Part shown: piece after piece, positions 47,362 through 56,613 of the stretch
How positions within the stretch are numbered: the stretch's first letter is position 1
How the letters are laid out: the number at the start of each line of letters is the position of its first letter
Origin: Clostridium sp. CAG:780
GTDB taxonomy: Bacteria; Bacillota; Clostridia; TANB77; CAG-508
Direction of reading: 5' to 3'
Length of the DNA stretch: 64,000 bases
Assembly (NCBI GenBank): GCA_000434195.1
Contig: HF994452.1
Location: forward strand, 1,829 to 65,828
The notes under the pieces: generated by a model
The model's input: the letters and a program-made list of their open reading frames with translations, nothing else
Databases searched by the model: none
What the model was told of the DNA's origin: nothing
Translations under genes and position numbers: made by a program

Positions 47362-47392
47362 AAGAGCGATATTTTAAATATTGCTCTTTTTT
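47362..47392 (+). terminator. rho-independent terminator
   Basis: Stem aagagcgatat/atattgctctt (one G-U pair), followed by a T-run. Confidence 0.7.
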
Positions 47393-47475
47393 CTGTCAAA
47401 TTTATAATTAAATAATTTGCACATTTCTCAAATTCAAAAGATTATATTAGAATAAGTTTGAGGAGGGATAAGGAA

Positions 47476-47781
47476 ATGGAAGAATTATTTAATAGACCTA
47501 TTTTAGATCAACTATATGATTCAATAAGTGATGATTTTGAAACAATGCTATTAAAGAAAAAGAATAGTGATGGGAAATTTACAGAGTCATTAAAAGTAGA
47601 AGAAGAATTAATTTATTTGATAAAAAAATTAGTTAAAGACGAAGAAATATTAGACCAAATAACTAATAAATTAAATAAATTTGAACTCGCTATTGGCAAT
47701 GAAACAGATTTACTTTGTAAACATTATTATAAATTAGGGATAGTTGATAGTAAAAAAATATTGATGGAAATAGGAGAATAA
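47476..47781 (+). CDS. hypothetical small acidic protein
   Basis: ATG 47476 follows aggagg; the ORF track starts at TTG 47458. Confidence 0.5.
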   Translation: MEELFNRPILDQLYDSISDDFETMLLKKKNSDGKFTESLKVEEELIYLIKKLVKDEEILDQITNKLNKFELAIGNETDLLCKHYYKLGIVDSKKILMEIGE

Positions 47782-47785
47782 AGGT

Positions 47786-48118
47786 ATGGAAGAAATCGCA
47801 GGTAGCTTTTTTGATAATTATGAAGAAGGTTTTTTAGAGTATTTAGAAGTTCATAAAGCACAAGCATTAAAAGATAGAGAAGACTATCAAACATTAAATA
47901 AAAAGATATCAGAACTAAAATATAAATACCCAAATGTAAGAACATTTTTAGAAGAAAAAGAACCAATAGATTTAAGAGATGATGAACAATATGCAATACT
48001 TAATGTACTTGATTATGAAACTGAACTTGATGTTATTGAGTTAAAAGAAAGTTTTAAATTAGGTTTTAAAGAAGCATTAATCTACTTAAATAATATGGGA
48101 ATGTTAAAATTAAATTAG
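47786..48118 (+). CDS. hypothetical small acidic protein (distantly similar C-terminus to 47476..47781)
   Basis: 110-aa ORF. FKLGFKEAL here compares with YKLGIVDSK in the upstream ORF. Confidence 0.5.
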   Translation: MEEIAGSFFDNYEEGFLEYLEVHKAQALKDREDYQTLNKKISELKYKYPNVRTFLEEKEPIDLRDDEQYAILNVLDYETELDVIELKESFKLGFKEALIYLNNMGMLKLN

Positions 48119-48192
48119 TTTAAAGGGACGGATAATTTAAAAAATCTGTCCTTTTTATTATGCAATAAAAAAGAAAGAGAGTGTGATAAATT

Positions 48193-48537
48193 ATGGAAAA
48201 TGAAGAATTAAAAAATAAGTTAATTAAAAAATTAGAAAGGGAATTAACAGATTTTAAAGATAGTTTAAAGGGACTACCTGCAGAACAAATAATAGACAAT
48301 AGTTATAAAATAACATGTATGCAAACGATACAAGATTATTTAGCATACGATAAAGATTATTCAAAATTCGAACTTAAAACATTACTTAAAAGGGAGCATA
48401 TATTAGAAGAATGCTATGATGATTGGTTATCTAATGATGGTAGTTTAAGAGAGGCTTTAGAATTTTCAATAGATGATACGATAGACCTTATTAGAGATAA
48501 TGAGGTCAAAAAAGAGCGAAATCAAGATGCAAGATAA
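48193..48537 (+). CDS. DUF3848-like conjugative element protein
   Basis: LERELTDFKDSLKGLPAEQIIDNSYKI resembles small proteins of Tn1549-like elements. Assignment is from memory. Confidence 0.45.
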   Translation: MENEELKNKLIKKLERELTDFKDSLKGLPAEQIIDNSYKITCMQTIQDYLAYDKDYSKFELKTLLKREHILEECYDDWLSNDGSLREALEFSIDDTIDLIRDNEVKKERNQDAR

Positions 48538-48557
48538 GAAAAAGGAGGTGCAAAATT

Positions 48558-49544
48558 ATGCCTGAATTTGTACCAAAAGAAGTTGTAAAACAAGCAAAAG
48601 AAATTGATTTACTAACTTATTTTATGAACAATAATCCATCAGAACTTGTAAGAAAAGGTACTAATACATATTCCTTAAAAAGTCATGATAGTGTCATTAT
48701 AAGTAATGGATTATGGCATAGATTTTCAACACATCAAGCAGGAAAGTCAGCAGTTGATTATCTTATTAAAGTAGAAAATATGTCATTGCAAGAGGCAGTT
48801 TCAAGTGTATTAAATAGAAATATAGATACATATATTAGACCTCAATATAGTAATGAAAACGCACCTAAAACAATAGTAATTCCAGAAAAAGCGAGTACCA
48901 ATAAACAAGTTATAGAGTATCTAAAAAACAGAGGAATTGATGAAGAAATAATAAATGATTGCATAAATAAAAAGATTATTTATCAAGAAAATAAAACCAA
49001 TAATGCAGTATTTTTAGGGTACGATAATGATAACAATATCAAATATGCAGGGTGCAGAAGTACAAATGAAAAAAGAATAATGAGAGATGCAAAGGGGAGT
49101 TCAAAAGAGTATTCTTTTAGAATGTTAGGAGCAGAAGAATGTAATTCATTACATATATTTGAAAGCAGTATAGATTTATTATCTTATGCAACATTATTAA
49201 AAAATAAGGGATATGATTATACAAATCAAAATCTTTTATCACTTGCAGGAGTGTATCAACCAAGTTCTAATATAGAACAAAGTAAAGTACCAATAGCAGT
49301 ACAAAACTTTTTAAATAAAAACACAAATATAAAAGATATTGTATTACATTTTGATAATGATATAGCAGGAAGAAATGCAACAAAAGCAATGATATATGCA
49401 CTTGATAAGTACAATGTTTATGATATTCCTGCTCCTTATGGTAAAGACATAAATGATTACTTATGTTACAGCATAGGGTTAAAAAATAGGCAAGAAATTG
49501 ACAGATATAAAATGAAAAAAGAGCAAAATAGAGTACCAATATAG
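48558..49544 (+). CDS. DUF3991/Toprim domain protein (primase-like)
   Basis: N-terminus: DLLTYF...SHDSVIISNGLWHRFS. C-terminal Toprim: IFESSIDLLSYATL...HFDNDIAGRNAT. Confidence 0.65.
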   Translation: MPEFVPKEVVKQAKEIDLLTYFMNNNPSELVRKGTNTYSLKSHDSVIISNGLWHRFSTHQAGKSAVDYLIKVENMSLQEAVSSVLNRNIDTYIRPQYSNENAPKTIVIPEKASTNKQVIEYLKNRGIDEEIINDCINKKIIYQENKTNNAVFLGYDNDNNIKYAGCRSTNEKRIMRDAKGSSKEYSFRMLGAEECNSLHIFESSIDLLSYATLLKNKGYDYTNQNLLSLAGVYQPSSNIEQSKVPIAVQNFLNKNTNIKDIVLHFDNDIAGRNATKAMIYALDKYNVYDIPAPYGKDINDYLCYSIGLKNRQEIDRYKMKKEQNRVPI

Positions 49545-49662
49545 GTACATTTAAAAATGTAAAAAAAGGATTTCTTGTCCTAGCAAGCACTGAATTTGTT
49601 CACACGAAAATATCGTGTTTCAAAATTCTATTCTATGGGGAAACCCCAATCCCCATTTTTAA
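49545..49662 (+). promoter_or_regulatory. candidate oriT region: cluster of short inverted repeats upstream of mobC and the relaxase gene
   Basis: tacattt/aaatgta (about 49546-49562), acacga/tcgtgt (49602-49618), gggg aaa cccc (49637-49647), plus the inverted gtgtgaaca motif at 49597-49605. Confidence 0.4.
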
Positions 49663-49998
49663 ATGAGTAAAACAGGAGGGAGAGATTTGAGAAAAAGATA
49701 TATAAGAAAAGATATAATGCTTAATGAATTAGAGAATGAAAAGTTAATTGCAGATTGTCAAAGATGTAATCTTTCTTATGGAGAATATTTTAGAAGATTG
49801 TTAATGAATGAAAATATAAAAGAAAAGCCTGGCAAAGAATTTTATGTGATAATGAAACAACTTTCTAAAATAGGAGTTAATCTTAATCAAATAGCAAAGA
49901 AAGCAAATCAAACAGATAAAATAGATAAAGATTATTATAAGAGTGAAGCAAATAATTGGCACAAATTTGCAGAAGAAGTAAAAAATAAATTTTTGTAG
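49663..49998 (+). CDS. mobC: MobC-family relaxosome accessory protein
   Basis: LSYGEYFRRLL...IGVNLNQIAKKANQ is typical of MobC. TTG 49687 with AGGAGGG 6 nt upstream is a likely alternative start. Confidence 0.65.
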   Translation: MSKTGGRDLRKRYIRKDIMLNELENEKLIADCQRCNLSYGEYFRRLLMNENIKEKPGKEFYVIMKQLSKIGVNLNQIAKKANQTDKIDKDYYKSEANNWHKFAEEVKNKFL

Positions 49999-50009
49999 GA
50001 GGTGGTAAT

Positions 50010-51392
50010 TTGGCAGTAACAAAAATATGGAAAGTTGTTAAAAGAATGGATCATGTTATAAGTTATGCTAAAGATGAAAATAAAACGAAAATTGAATTTA
50101 ATCAGAAATATGAAATGTTGGTAGATGACTTGCAAAATGTAATTGATTATGCAAGAAATTCAGATAAAACAGAAAAAGAATATTTTGTTACAGGAATAAA
50201 TTGCGATACAGATTCAGCTTATGAAGAAATGCAAGATACAAAAAGATATTATAATAAAAAAGATAAAATTTTAGCATTTCACGCATATCAATCTTTTGCA
50301 GAGGGAGAGGTTACTCCAGAATTAGCACATCAGATTGGTGTGCAACTTGCAAATGAAATGTGGGGAGATAGATTTCAAGTAGTAGTTACAACTCATCTTA
50401 ATACTAATCATATACATAATCACATAGTGCTTAATTCTGTTTCTTTTGAAGATGGCTTAAAATATTATGATAATCATACTAATTATGCAAAAATGAGGCA
50501 TATATCAGATGAACTTTGTAAGGAATATGGATTAAGTGTAATAGAAGAAAAAGCAACAAAGAAAAAAATGAACTATGATAATTTTTATAAGAAATCTTTA
50601 TATACTGACAACTATTCTAATAATGCAAAACGAGATTTAGATTTAGCAATTAGACAAGCATATTCTTATGATGACTTTTTATACTTAATGAAAAAATTAG
50701 ATTATGAAATTATTTTTAGAGCTAATAAAATAAGTATTAGAAAAGAACCATATAAAAGAAACATTAGAATAGAAAGAAGATATGGAGAAAATTATTCAAT
50801 AGAAAATATAAAAAGAAGAATAATAGAAGAACAAGCAGTTCGAGTTCCGTTTATAGAAAATGTTTATAATTATAGAAAAGTTAATTATCCTTTTGCAAAA
50901 AGGCACAAAAGAGCCAAAGCGAAAGGATTTATTGCTTTATATTATCATTATTGTTATTTGCTAAAAGTTTTTCCAGATAATGTACCACAACAAAGATTAC
51001 CACCAAGTATTAGAGCAGATGTTTCAAGAATGGAACAATTATCTGAAGAAGCAAGATTTTTAGCAACACATAAAATAAAAACATTTGAAGAATTAAGTAA
51101 TTATCAAGATGATGTGAATTTTAAAATAAAAGAAATACTAGACCAAAGAGAAAGACTTTGGGCAAAAAGAAAGTTATCAAAAGATGGAAATGAAATGCAC
51201 GAATATGCAGAGCAGATTTCATCTTTAAATGATAAATTAGTTAAATTAAGAAAGAGGGTGGAATTATGTGAAGATATTAAAACAAGAGTACCGAAGATAG
51301 ATAATAATTTATCTGAATTAGATACACAAGAAGAAATGGAAAGAGAAACAAAAGAGAGAAAAAAAGAGAAAAGAAAAAAAGGAAAGGAGTAA
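50010..51392 (+). CDS. MobA/VirD2-type relaxase
   Basis: HLNTNHIHNHIVLNSV histidine triad and an N-terminal Y-containing region. TTG start with GGAGGTG upstream. Confidence 0.75.
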   Translation: MAVTKIWKVVKRMDHVISYAKDENKTKIEFNQKYEMLVDDLQNVIDYARNSDKTEKEYFVTGINCDTDSAYEEMQDTKRYYNKKDKILAFHAYQSFAEGEVTPELAHQIGVQLANEMWGDRFQVVVTTHLNTNHIHNHIVLNSVSFEDGLKYYDNHTNYAKMRHISDELCKEYGLSVIEEKATKKKMNYDNFYKKSLYTDNYSNNAKRDLDLAIRQAYSYDDFLYLMKKLDYEIIFRANKISIRKEPYKRNIRIERRYGENYSIENIKRRIIEEQAVRVPFIENVYNYRKVNYPFAKRHKRAKAKGFIALYYHYCYLLKVFPDNVPQQRLPPSIRADVSRMEQLSEEARFLATHKIKTFEELSNYQDDVNFKIKEILDQRERLWAKRKLSKDGNEMHEYAEQISSLNDKLVKLRKRVELCEDIKTRVPKIDNNLSELDTQEEMERETKERKKEKRKKGKE

Positions 51393-51399
51393 ATGATAT

Positions 51400-52164
51400 A
51401 TGAGTGTTAATGGAGATGTATCAGAACAAGTAGTAAGATTAAGTTTAGAGGGATTTGAAATTTTAGCAAGACTAACTGGTAGTGGAGCAAAGAATGTTGC
51501 TGCAATGATTTATACTATTATGAAAGATAAAAAACAAACAAAAGGAAAGATTAGACTTAATAATATGTTAAAAACAGGAAAGCCTTTAAAAATATTTACA
51601 GTAAGCAGAGAAGATTTAAAAACATTTGCAAGAGAGGCAAAAAATTATGGTATTTCATATTGTGCTTTAATCAATAGAAATAACAAAGACATTGATGGAA
51701 TGGTAGATGTTATGGTTAAAGATGAAGATGCTTCAAGAATAAATAGAATTGTTGAAAGATTTAAACTAACAACAACAGATACTGCAAGAATGGATACTGT
51801 TATTACAAAATCTATTGAAGATAGAGAGGCAGAAAAAAGAGAAAAGGGTATTCCAGAAAAATCAAAGGAACAACAGCTAGAAGATTTACTTGCTAAAAAG
51901 CCTATGCAAACAGAAGAAACCTCAAAAGCAAATTTCAATATGGCAAAGACGGAAAAAGACCCTCTGTCAGAGCCTTCCTCAACGACTTCCAAAATGCAAG
52001 AAGGGGTATCTAAAGGAGCAAAGAAACCATCTGTAAAGAAAGAACTTGCAGAACTTAAAGTTGAAGCAAAGAAATTAGATGAACAAAAATCTAAAGAAAA
52101 GGTTAAAGTAAATATAGTACCTGTTCAAAATAATAAAAAAGCAAAATCAAAATCAAGTAGATAA
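51400..52164 (+). CDS. PcfB-like (DUF3801) conjugation protein
   Basis: VVRLSLEGFEILARLTGSGAKNVAAMIYTIM...KIFTVSREDLKTFAREAKNYGISYCAL fits the DUF3801 pattern. Confidence 0.6.
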   Translation: MSVNGDVSEQVVRLSLEGFEILARLTGSGAKNVAAMIYTIMKDKKQTKGKIRLNNMLKTGKPLKIFTVSREDLKTFAREAKNYGISYCALINRNNKDIDGMVDVMVKDEDASRINRIVERFKLTTTDTARMDTVITKSIEDREAEKREKGIPEKSKEQQLEDLLAKKPMQTEETSKANFNMAKTEKDPLSEPSSTTSKMQEGVSKGAKKPSVKKELAELKVEAKKLDEQKSKEKVKVNIVPVQNNKKAKSKSSR

Positions 52165-52177
52165 GGAGGAGTGTTCA

Positions 52178-52393
52178 ATGGAAGAAATGAGAACAATTAA
52201 TTTAGATAAATATGATTATCGACTAATATTAAATGCATTAAATGAATTTAGAAATATAAAAATACAAGAAAATGTTGATATAGAAATCATAGATAAGTTA
52301 ATGTCAAAATTGTTAAAAGCCCCTGTAAATAAAAAGATGTTATCTTTAAATAGAACTGCAAAGGGAAAATTTACAAGCAATGAAGCAAGATGA
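52178..52393 (+). CDS. hypothetical small protein upstream of the coupling protein
   Basis: 71-aa ORF with aaggagg upstream. Overlaps the virD4 start. Confidence 0.5.
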   Translation: MEEMRTINLDKYDYRLILNALNEFRNIKIQENVDIEIIDKLMSKLLKAPVNKKMLSLNRTAKGKFTSNEAR

Positions 52394-54210
52394 AAAAAGA
52401 ATAATGAGAGTGTTGTATGTAATAGGAATTATTCCAATTATTTGGATTGCTCTCCTTTTAGCTCCTTATACTAAAGGTGGACTTATAGAAATAATAAAAA
52501 ATGGTAGTGCTGCATTAAATCAGCCATTTAAAATAGTTATTGTAGAGAATAGCATTAGAACTATTCTTATTTTTTTGATTATTTATATATTTTCAATCTT
52601 ATTATATGAATCAACTAGAAAAAATTATAGGAGGAGAGAAGAAAATGGTTCAGCCAAATGGGGCGAGGCAAAGGAATTAAATAAAAAATACAAACAACCT
52701 AATAATTATAATAAATTGCTTACTAAAAATGTTTCTGTTGGATTAAATGGAAGAAAGCATAGAAGAAATGTTAATGTATTAGTTATTGGTGGTTCTGGTG
52801 CAGGAAAGACATTTAGTTATTGTAAGCCAAATGTAATGCAATGTGCAACATCGTATGTTATACTTGATCCAAAAGGAGAAATCGTTAGAGATACAGGTTA
52901 TTTATTAGAAAAAGAACGGATATGAAATCAAAGTATTAGACTTAATAAATATGGAGAAATCACATTGTTATAATCCGTTTGTATATATAAAAACAGATAA
53001 TGATGTTCAAAAATTAGTAACAAATCTTTTTAAATCAACAACACCAAAAGGAAGTAGTACAAACGACCCATTTTGGGATACTGCTGCAAGTATGTTACTT
53101 TTAGCTTTAATATTTTATTTGAAATATGAAGCACCAGAAGAAGAACAAAACTTTGTAATGGTAATGGAATTACTACGAGCAGGAGATGTTAAAGAAGATG
53201 ATGACGAATATGTTAGTCCTCTTGATATGTTATTTAATAGATTAGAAACAAGAAATCCAGAGCATATTGCTTTAAAATATTATAGAGCATATCATTCAGG
53301 TTCAGCTAAAACATTAAAATCAATACAAGTAACTCTTGCTGCAAGACTTGAAAAATTTAATTTAGAGAGTATGGCACAACTTACACAAACAGATGAATTA
53401 GACTTGCCAAGTTTAGGAGAAAAGAAAGTTGCATTATTTGCAATTATTCCAGATAATGATACATCATTTAATTTTTTAGTTAGTGTTTTATATACACAAC
53501 TTTTTCAACAATTATTTTATTTAGCAGATTATAAATATGGTGGCAGTTTACCAATACATGTACATTTTGTTATGGATGAGTTCGCTAATGTAAGTTTACC
53601 AGATGATTTTGATAAAATATTATCAGTAATGAGGTCAAGAGAGGTATCTGTTTCTATAATATTGCAAAATTTAGCACAATTAAAAGCCTTATTTGAAAAA
53701 CAATGGGAATCAATAGTTGGAAATTGTGATGAGTTTTTATATTTAGGTGGTAATGAACAAAGCACCCATAAGTATGTTAGTGAATTATTAGGAAAAGAAA
53801 CAATAGATACAAATACTTATGGTAGGAGTTATGGTTCACATGGCAGTTATTCTACAAATGACCAAATCGCAGGTAGAGAACTATTGACACCAGATGAGGT
53901 AAGAATGCTAGATAATAATTATGCTTTACTTTTTATTAGAGGAGAAAGACCAGTAAAAGATTTCAAATTTAATTTAAAAGAACATTTTAATAGCATAAAT
54001 ACACCTATTGGAAATAAAGAAATAAAACCATATATACATGGAGGAACAGAAAATTCAATAGGTACAATATCATTTAATTTAGATGATATGGAAATTGATA
54101 CAAAAGAAATTATAGATTTAGAAACAAATGAACTTGATGTTGAATTATTATCAAGTGAAGAAATCGAAAATATGTACAAAGAAGATACAAAAAATGCTAA
54201 TAGTATCTAA
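52380..54210 (+). pseudogene. virD4: VirD4/TraG-type coupling protein, split by a frameshift at the A5 run 52909-52913
   Basis: ENGSAKWG...VLVIGGSGAGKTF...YVILDPKGE...GYLLEK ends at 52925. The next frame is open from 52909 and reads KKNGYEIKVLDLINMEKSHCYNPFVYI. Removing one A gives GYLLEKNGYEIKVLD. Confidence 0.8.
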
Positions 54211-54253
54211 AAGACCAAAGTTATATCTAACAAATATACTTTGGTCTTTTTTT
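54210..54253 (+). terminator. rho-independent terminator
   Basis: 12-bp perfect stem aaagaccaaagt/actttggtcttt, followed by a T-run. Confidence 0.75.
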
Positions 54254-54288
54254 GTACCCAAAAATAAAAATTAAGGAGGATTTTTGAT

Positions 54289-54627
54289 ATGGAAAATAAG
54301 AAAAAAGGAAATTTTAAAGTATTTTTAAAGAAAACATTAAAAAGAGGAGCAATAATTATAGGTTATGTTATTGCTTTAAATGTAGCTGGGCAAATTCACT
54401 CATTTGCAGCAGATGACCCAATAGCTATTGTTGATAATTTATCTAATTTTATATTTGGATTAATAAGAGCAGTTGGAATGATTATATTAGGATTTGGAAT
54501 TGTTCAAGTAGGTATGAGTTTAAAATCTCATGATCCAACACAAAGAGCAAACGGAATAATGACTTTAGCAGGTGGAGTTGTAATTACATTTGCAAAAGAG
54601 ATTTTAAATATTATTACAGGTGGATAA
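54289..54627 (+). CDS. Maff2-family small membrane protein (VirB2-like pilin analogue)
   Basis: Signal/TM segment, then LIRAVGMIILGFGIVQVGMSLKSHDPTQRANGIMTLAGGVVITF, which resembles the Maff2 two-helix pattern. Confidence 0.55.
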   Translation: MENKKKGNFKVFLKKTLKRGAIIIGYVIALNVAGQIHSFAADDPIAIVDNLSNFIFGLIRAVGMIILGFGIVQVGMSLKSHDPTQRANGIMTLAGGVVITFAKEILNIITGG

Positions 54628-54630
54628 AGA

Positions 54631-54654
54631 TTAAGGCAGTTTCATCTGCCTTAA
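54631..54654 (+). terminator. 9-bp perfect hairpin ttaaggcag/ctgccttaa after the Maff2 gene
   Basis: Read directly. It is followed by AT-rich sequence without a clean T-run, so it may be a partial terminator or an RNA-stabilising hairpin. Confidence 0.4.
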
Positions 54655-54669
54655 TAAATTAATTTTAGA

Positions 54670-55512
54670 ATGGAGGTGCTAGATGTGAATTGGATTGTAG
54701 GAAATTTACAGAATGCATTAGATACATGGAATGGTAAATTATCAGAAATTTATATGTTAGTCACACAAAGTCCAGCAGATTTCAAAGGTGGAGCAATATG
54801 GAATATTATTTTAAATATAAATGGAGCTTTACAAGCAATAGGTTTAGCATTACTTGTTTTATTTTTTGTTGTTGGAGTAGCAAGAACTTGTACTAATTTT
54901 TCAGAATTAAAAAGACCAGAACAAGCATTAAAACTATTTTTAAGATTTGCAATAGCAAAAGGAATTGTTACTTATGGATTGGAACTAATGTTAGCAGTAT
55001 TCAAAATAATACAGGGAATAGTAACAACAATTATGGCGAAAAGTTCATTTCAAGCAAGTGCTATGACCCTGCCACAATCGATTATTGATGCAATCAATAA
55101 ATGTGGATTTTTTGAGAGTATTCCTTTATGGGCAGTTACATTATTAGGTGGACTTTTTGTAACAGTATTATCGTTCATTTTAATTCTAACGGTATATGGA
55201 AGATTTTTTAAATTATATATGTACACAGCAATAGCTCCAATACCATTATCATCTTTTGCAGGAGAAGGAACACAAAATATAGGAAAGAGCTTTTTAAAGA
55301 GTTATATAGCAGTTTGTTTAGAGGGTGCAATTATAGTTTTAGCTTGTGTAATCTTTTCTGCATTTGTAACAACCTCGCCGAGTGTTGATACTGGTGCTGC
55401 AACAGTTACTATGGTATGGAAATATGTTGGAGAATTGATATTTAATATGTTAGTTCTGGTAGGAACTATTAGAATGTCAGATAGAATTGTTAGAGAAATG
55501 ATGGGATTATAG
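54670..55512 (+). CDS. TrbL/VirB6-like polytopic membrane protein (CD0415/CD1112-type)
   Basis: 280 aa with 5-6 TM segments, in the conserved position between Maff2 and PrgI. GTG 54685 with GGAGG upstream is an alternative start. Confidence 0.55.
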   Translation: MEVLDVNWIVGNLQNALDTWNGKLSEIYMLVTQSPADFKGGAIWNIILNINGALQAIGLALLVLFFVVGVARTCTNFSELKRPEQALKLFLRFAIAKGIVTYGLELMLAVFKIIQGIVTTIMAKSSFQASAMTLPQSIIDAINKCGFFESIPLWAVTLLGGLFVTVLSFILILTVYGRFFKLYMYTAIAPIPLSSFAGEGTQNIGKSFLKSYIAVCLEGAIIVLACVIFSAFVTTSPSVDTGAATVTMVWKYVGELIFNMLVLVGTIRMSDRIVREMMGL

Positions 55513-55524
55513 GAGGAATGCCTT

Positions 55525-56184
55525 ATGAGTGAAACAAGACAATTAGAAAATGCTTATGTAATCGATGTTGGATATAGAAAAGAACAACCTATTGCTTTAG
55601 TAAAAATGAATAATGAATATGTTATAGGTTTTGGATATGAAATTAAAGACAACAAGATTGATTGGCAATATGGTTATTATTATTTGACAGATTTTGAAAA
55701 AGCAAAAACGGATTTTAAAAGAGTTTTAGCAGGAGAAAATTTGGCAGATACATTTAGCGAGAAGGAGGAAAATAAAATTATGGAAGATTATCAATTTTAT
55801 AGTGTTGAAGAAGTTATGAAAATTTTAAAAGATAAGGAAAAATTATTATATGTTGATGATGGATGTGATGAGGTGGTAATTAAGTTTGAAGATTTACCAG
55901 ATGTTATAGTTGATATAAATACAAAAAGTGGAATGACGGATTTGAAAATATATGATTACCAAAATCCATCAATGACACCACTTGCAACTACAATGGGAAT
56001 ATTTTTAGATAAGTGTAATCCTGATTTAAGAGAAAAAATTATTGATAGATTTGTAAAATTACAACAAGGAGAGATTGAAGTCAAAGATTACAAAATGATA
56101 GATGAATACATACTCGAAGAAGCAAGAGATAAGTTGGAACAAGAGAAAAAAACAAAAGCAAAAAGAAATAAGGAGGCAAGATAG
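55525..56184 (+). CDS. hypothetical protein of the T4SS operon
   Basis: 219-aa ORF with aggagg upstream. I recognise no family. Confidence 0.5.
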   Translation: MSETRQLENAYVIDVGYRKEQPIALVKMNNEYVIGFGYEIKDNKIDWQYGYYYLTDFEKAKTDFKRVLAGENLADTFSEKEENKIMEDYQFYSVEEVMKILKDKEKLLYVDDGCDEVVIKFEDLPDVIVDINTKSGMTDLKIYDYQNPSMTPLATTMGIFLDKCNPDLREKIIDRFVKLQQGEIEVKDYKMIDEYILEEARDKLEQEKKTKAKRNKEAR

Positions 56185-56613
56185 ATGGAAGTTAAAATAA
56201 ACAAAGATATTAGAGAATTTAGTGAGAGTATATTTTTTGGATTGTCTTTAAGGCAGTTCATTTTTTCTGTAATAGCTTGTATTGTTGCAGTTGTTTTATA
56301 TTTTGTACTCAAACCATATTTAGGGCTAGAAACTTTATCGTGGGTTTGCATACTAGGTGCTGCACCTTTTGCTGTACTTGGATTTGTTAAATATAACGGA
56401 ATGACGGCAGAAAAGTTTATTGTTGCAGTAATAAAATCAGAGTTTTTGACACCTAAAAAATTAACATTTAAAGCAACAAATATATATGCCCAAAACTTTA
56501 AACCAACTATTGATAAAAAGTTAAAACAAAGTTTGCTAAAACCACAGAAAAAGAAGAAAGAAAAGAAAGATAAAAAGAAGAAAAAGGAGGTAAAAAATAA
56601 TGAGAACTCTTAA
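56185..56613 (+). CDS. PrgI/TcpE-like small membrane protein
   Basis: Two TM helices (FIFSVIACIVAVVLYFVL, VCILGAAPFAVLGFV) followed by GMTAEKFI. It precedes and overlaps virB4. Confidence 0.6.
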   Translation: MEVKINKDIREFSESIFFGLSLRQFIFSVIACIVAVVLYFVLKPYLGLETLSWVCILGAAPFAVLGFVKYNGMTAEKFIVAVIKSEFLTPKKLTFKATNIYAQNFKPTIDKKLKQSLLKPQKKKKEKKDKKKKKEVKNNENS

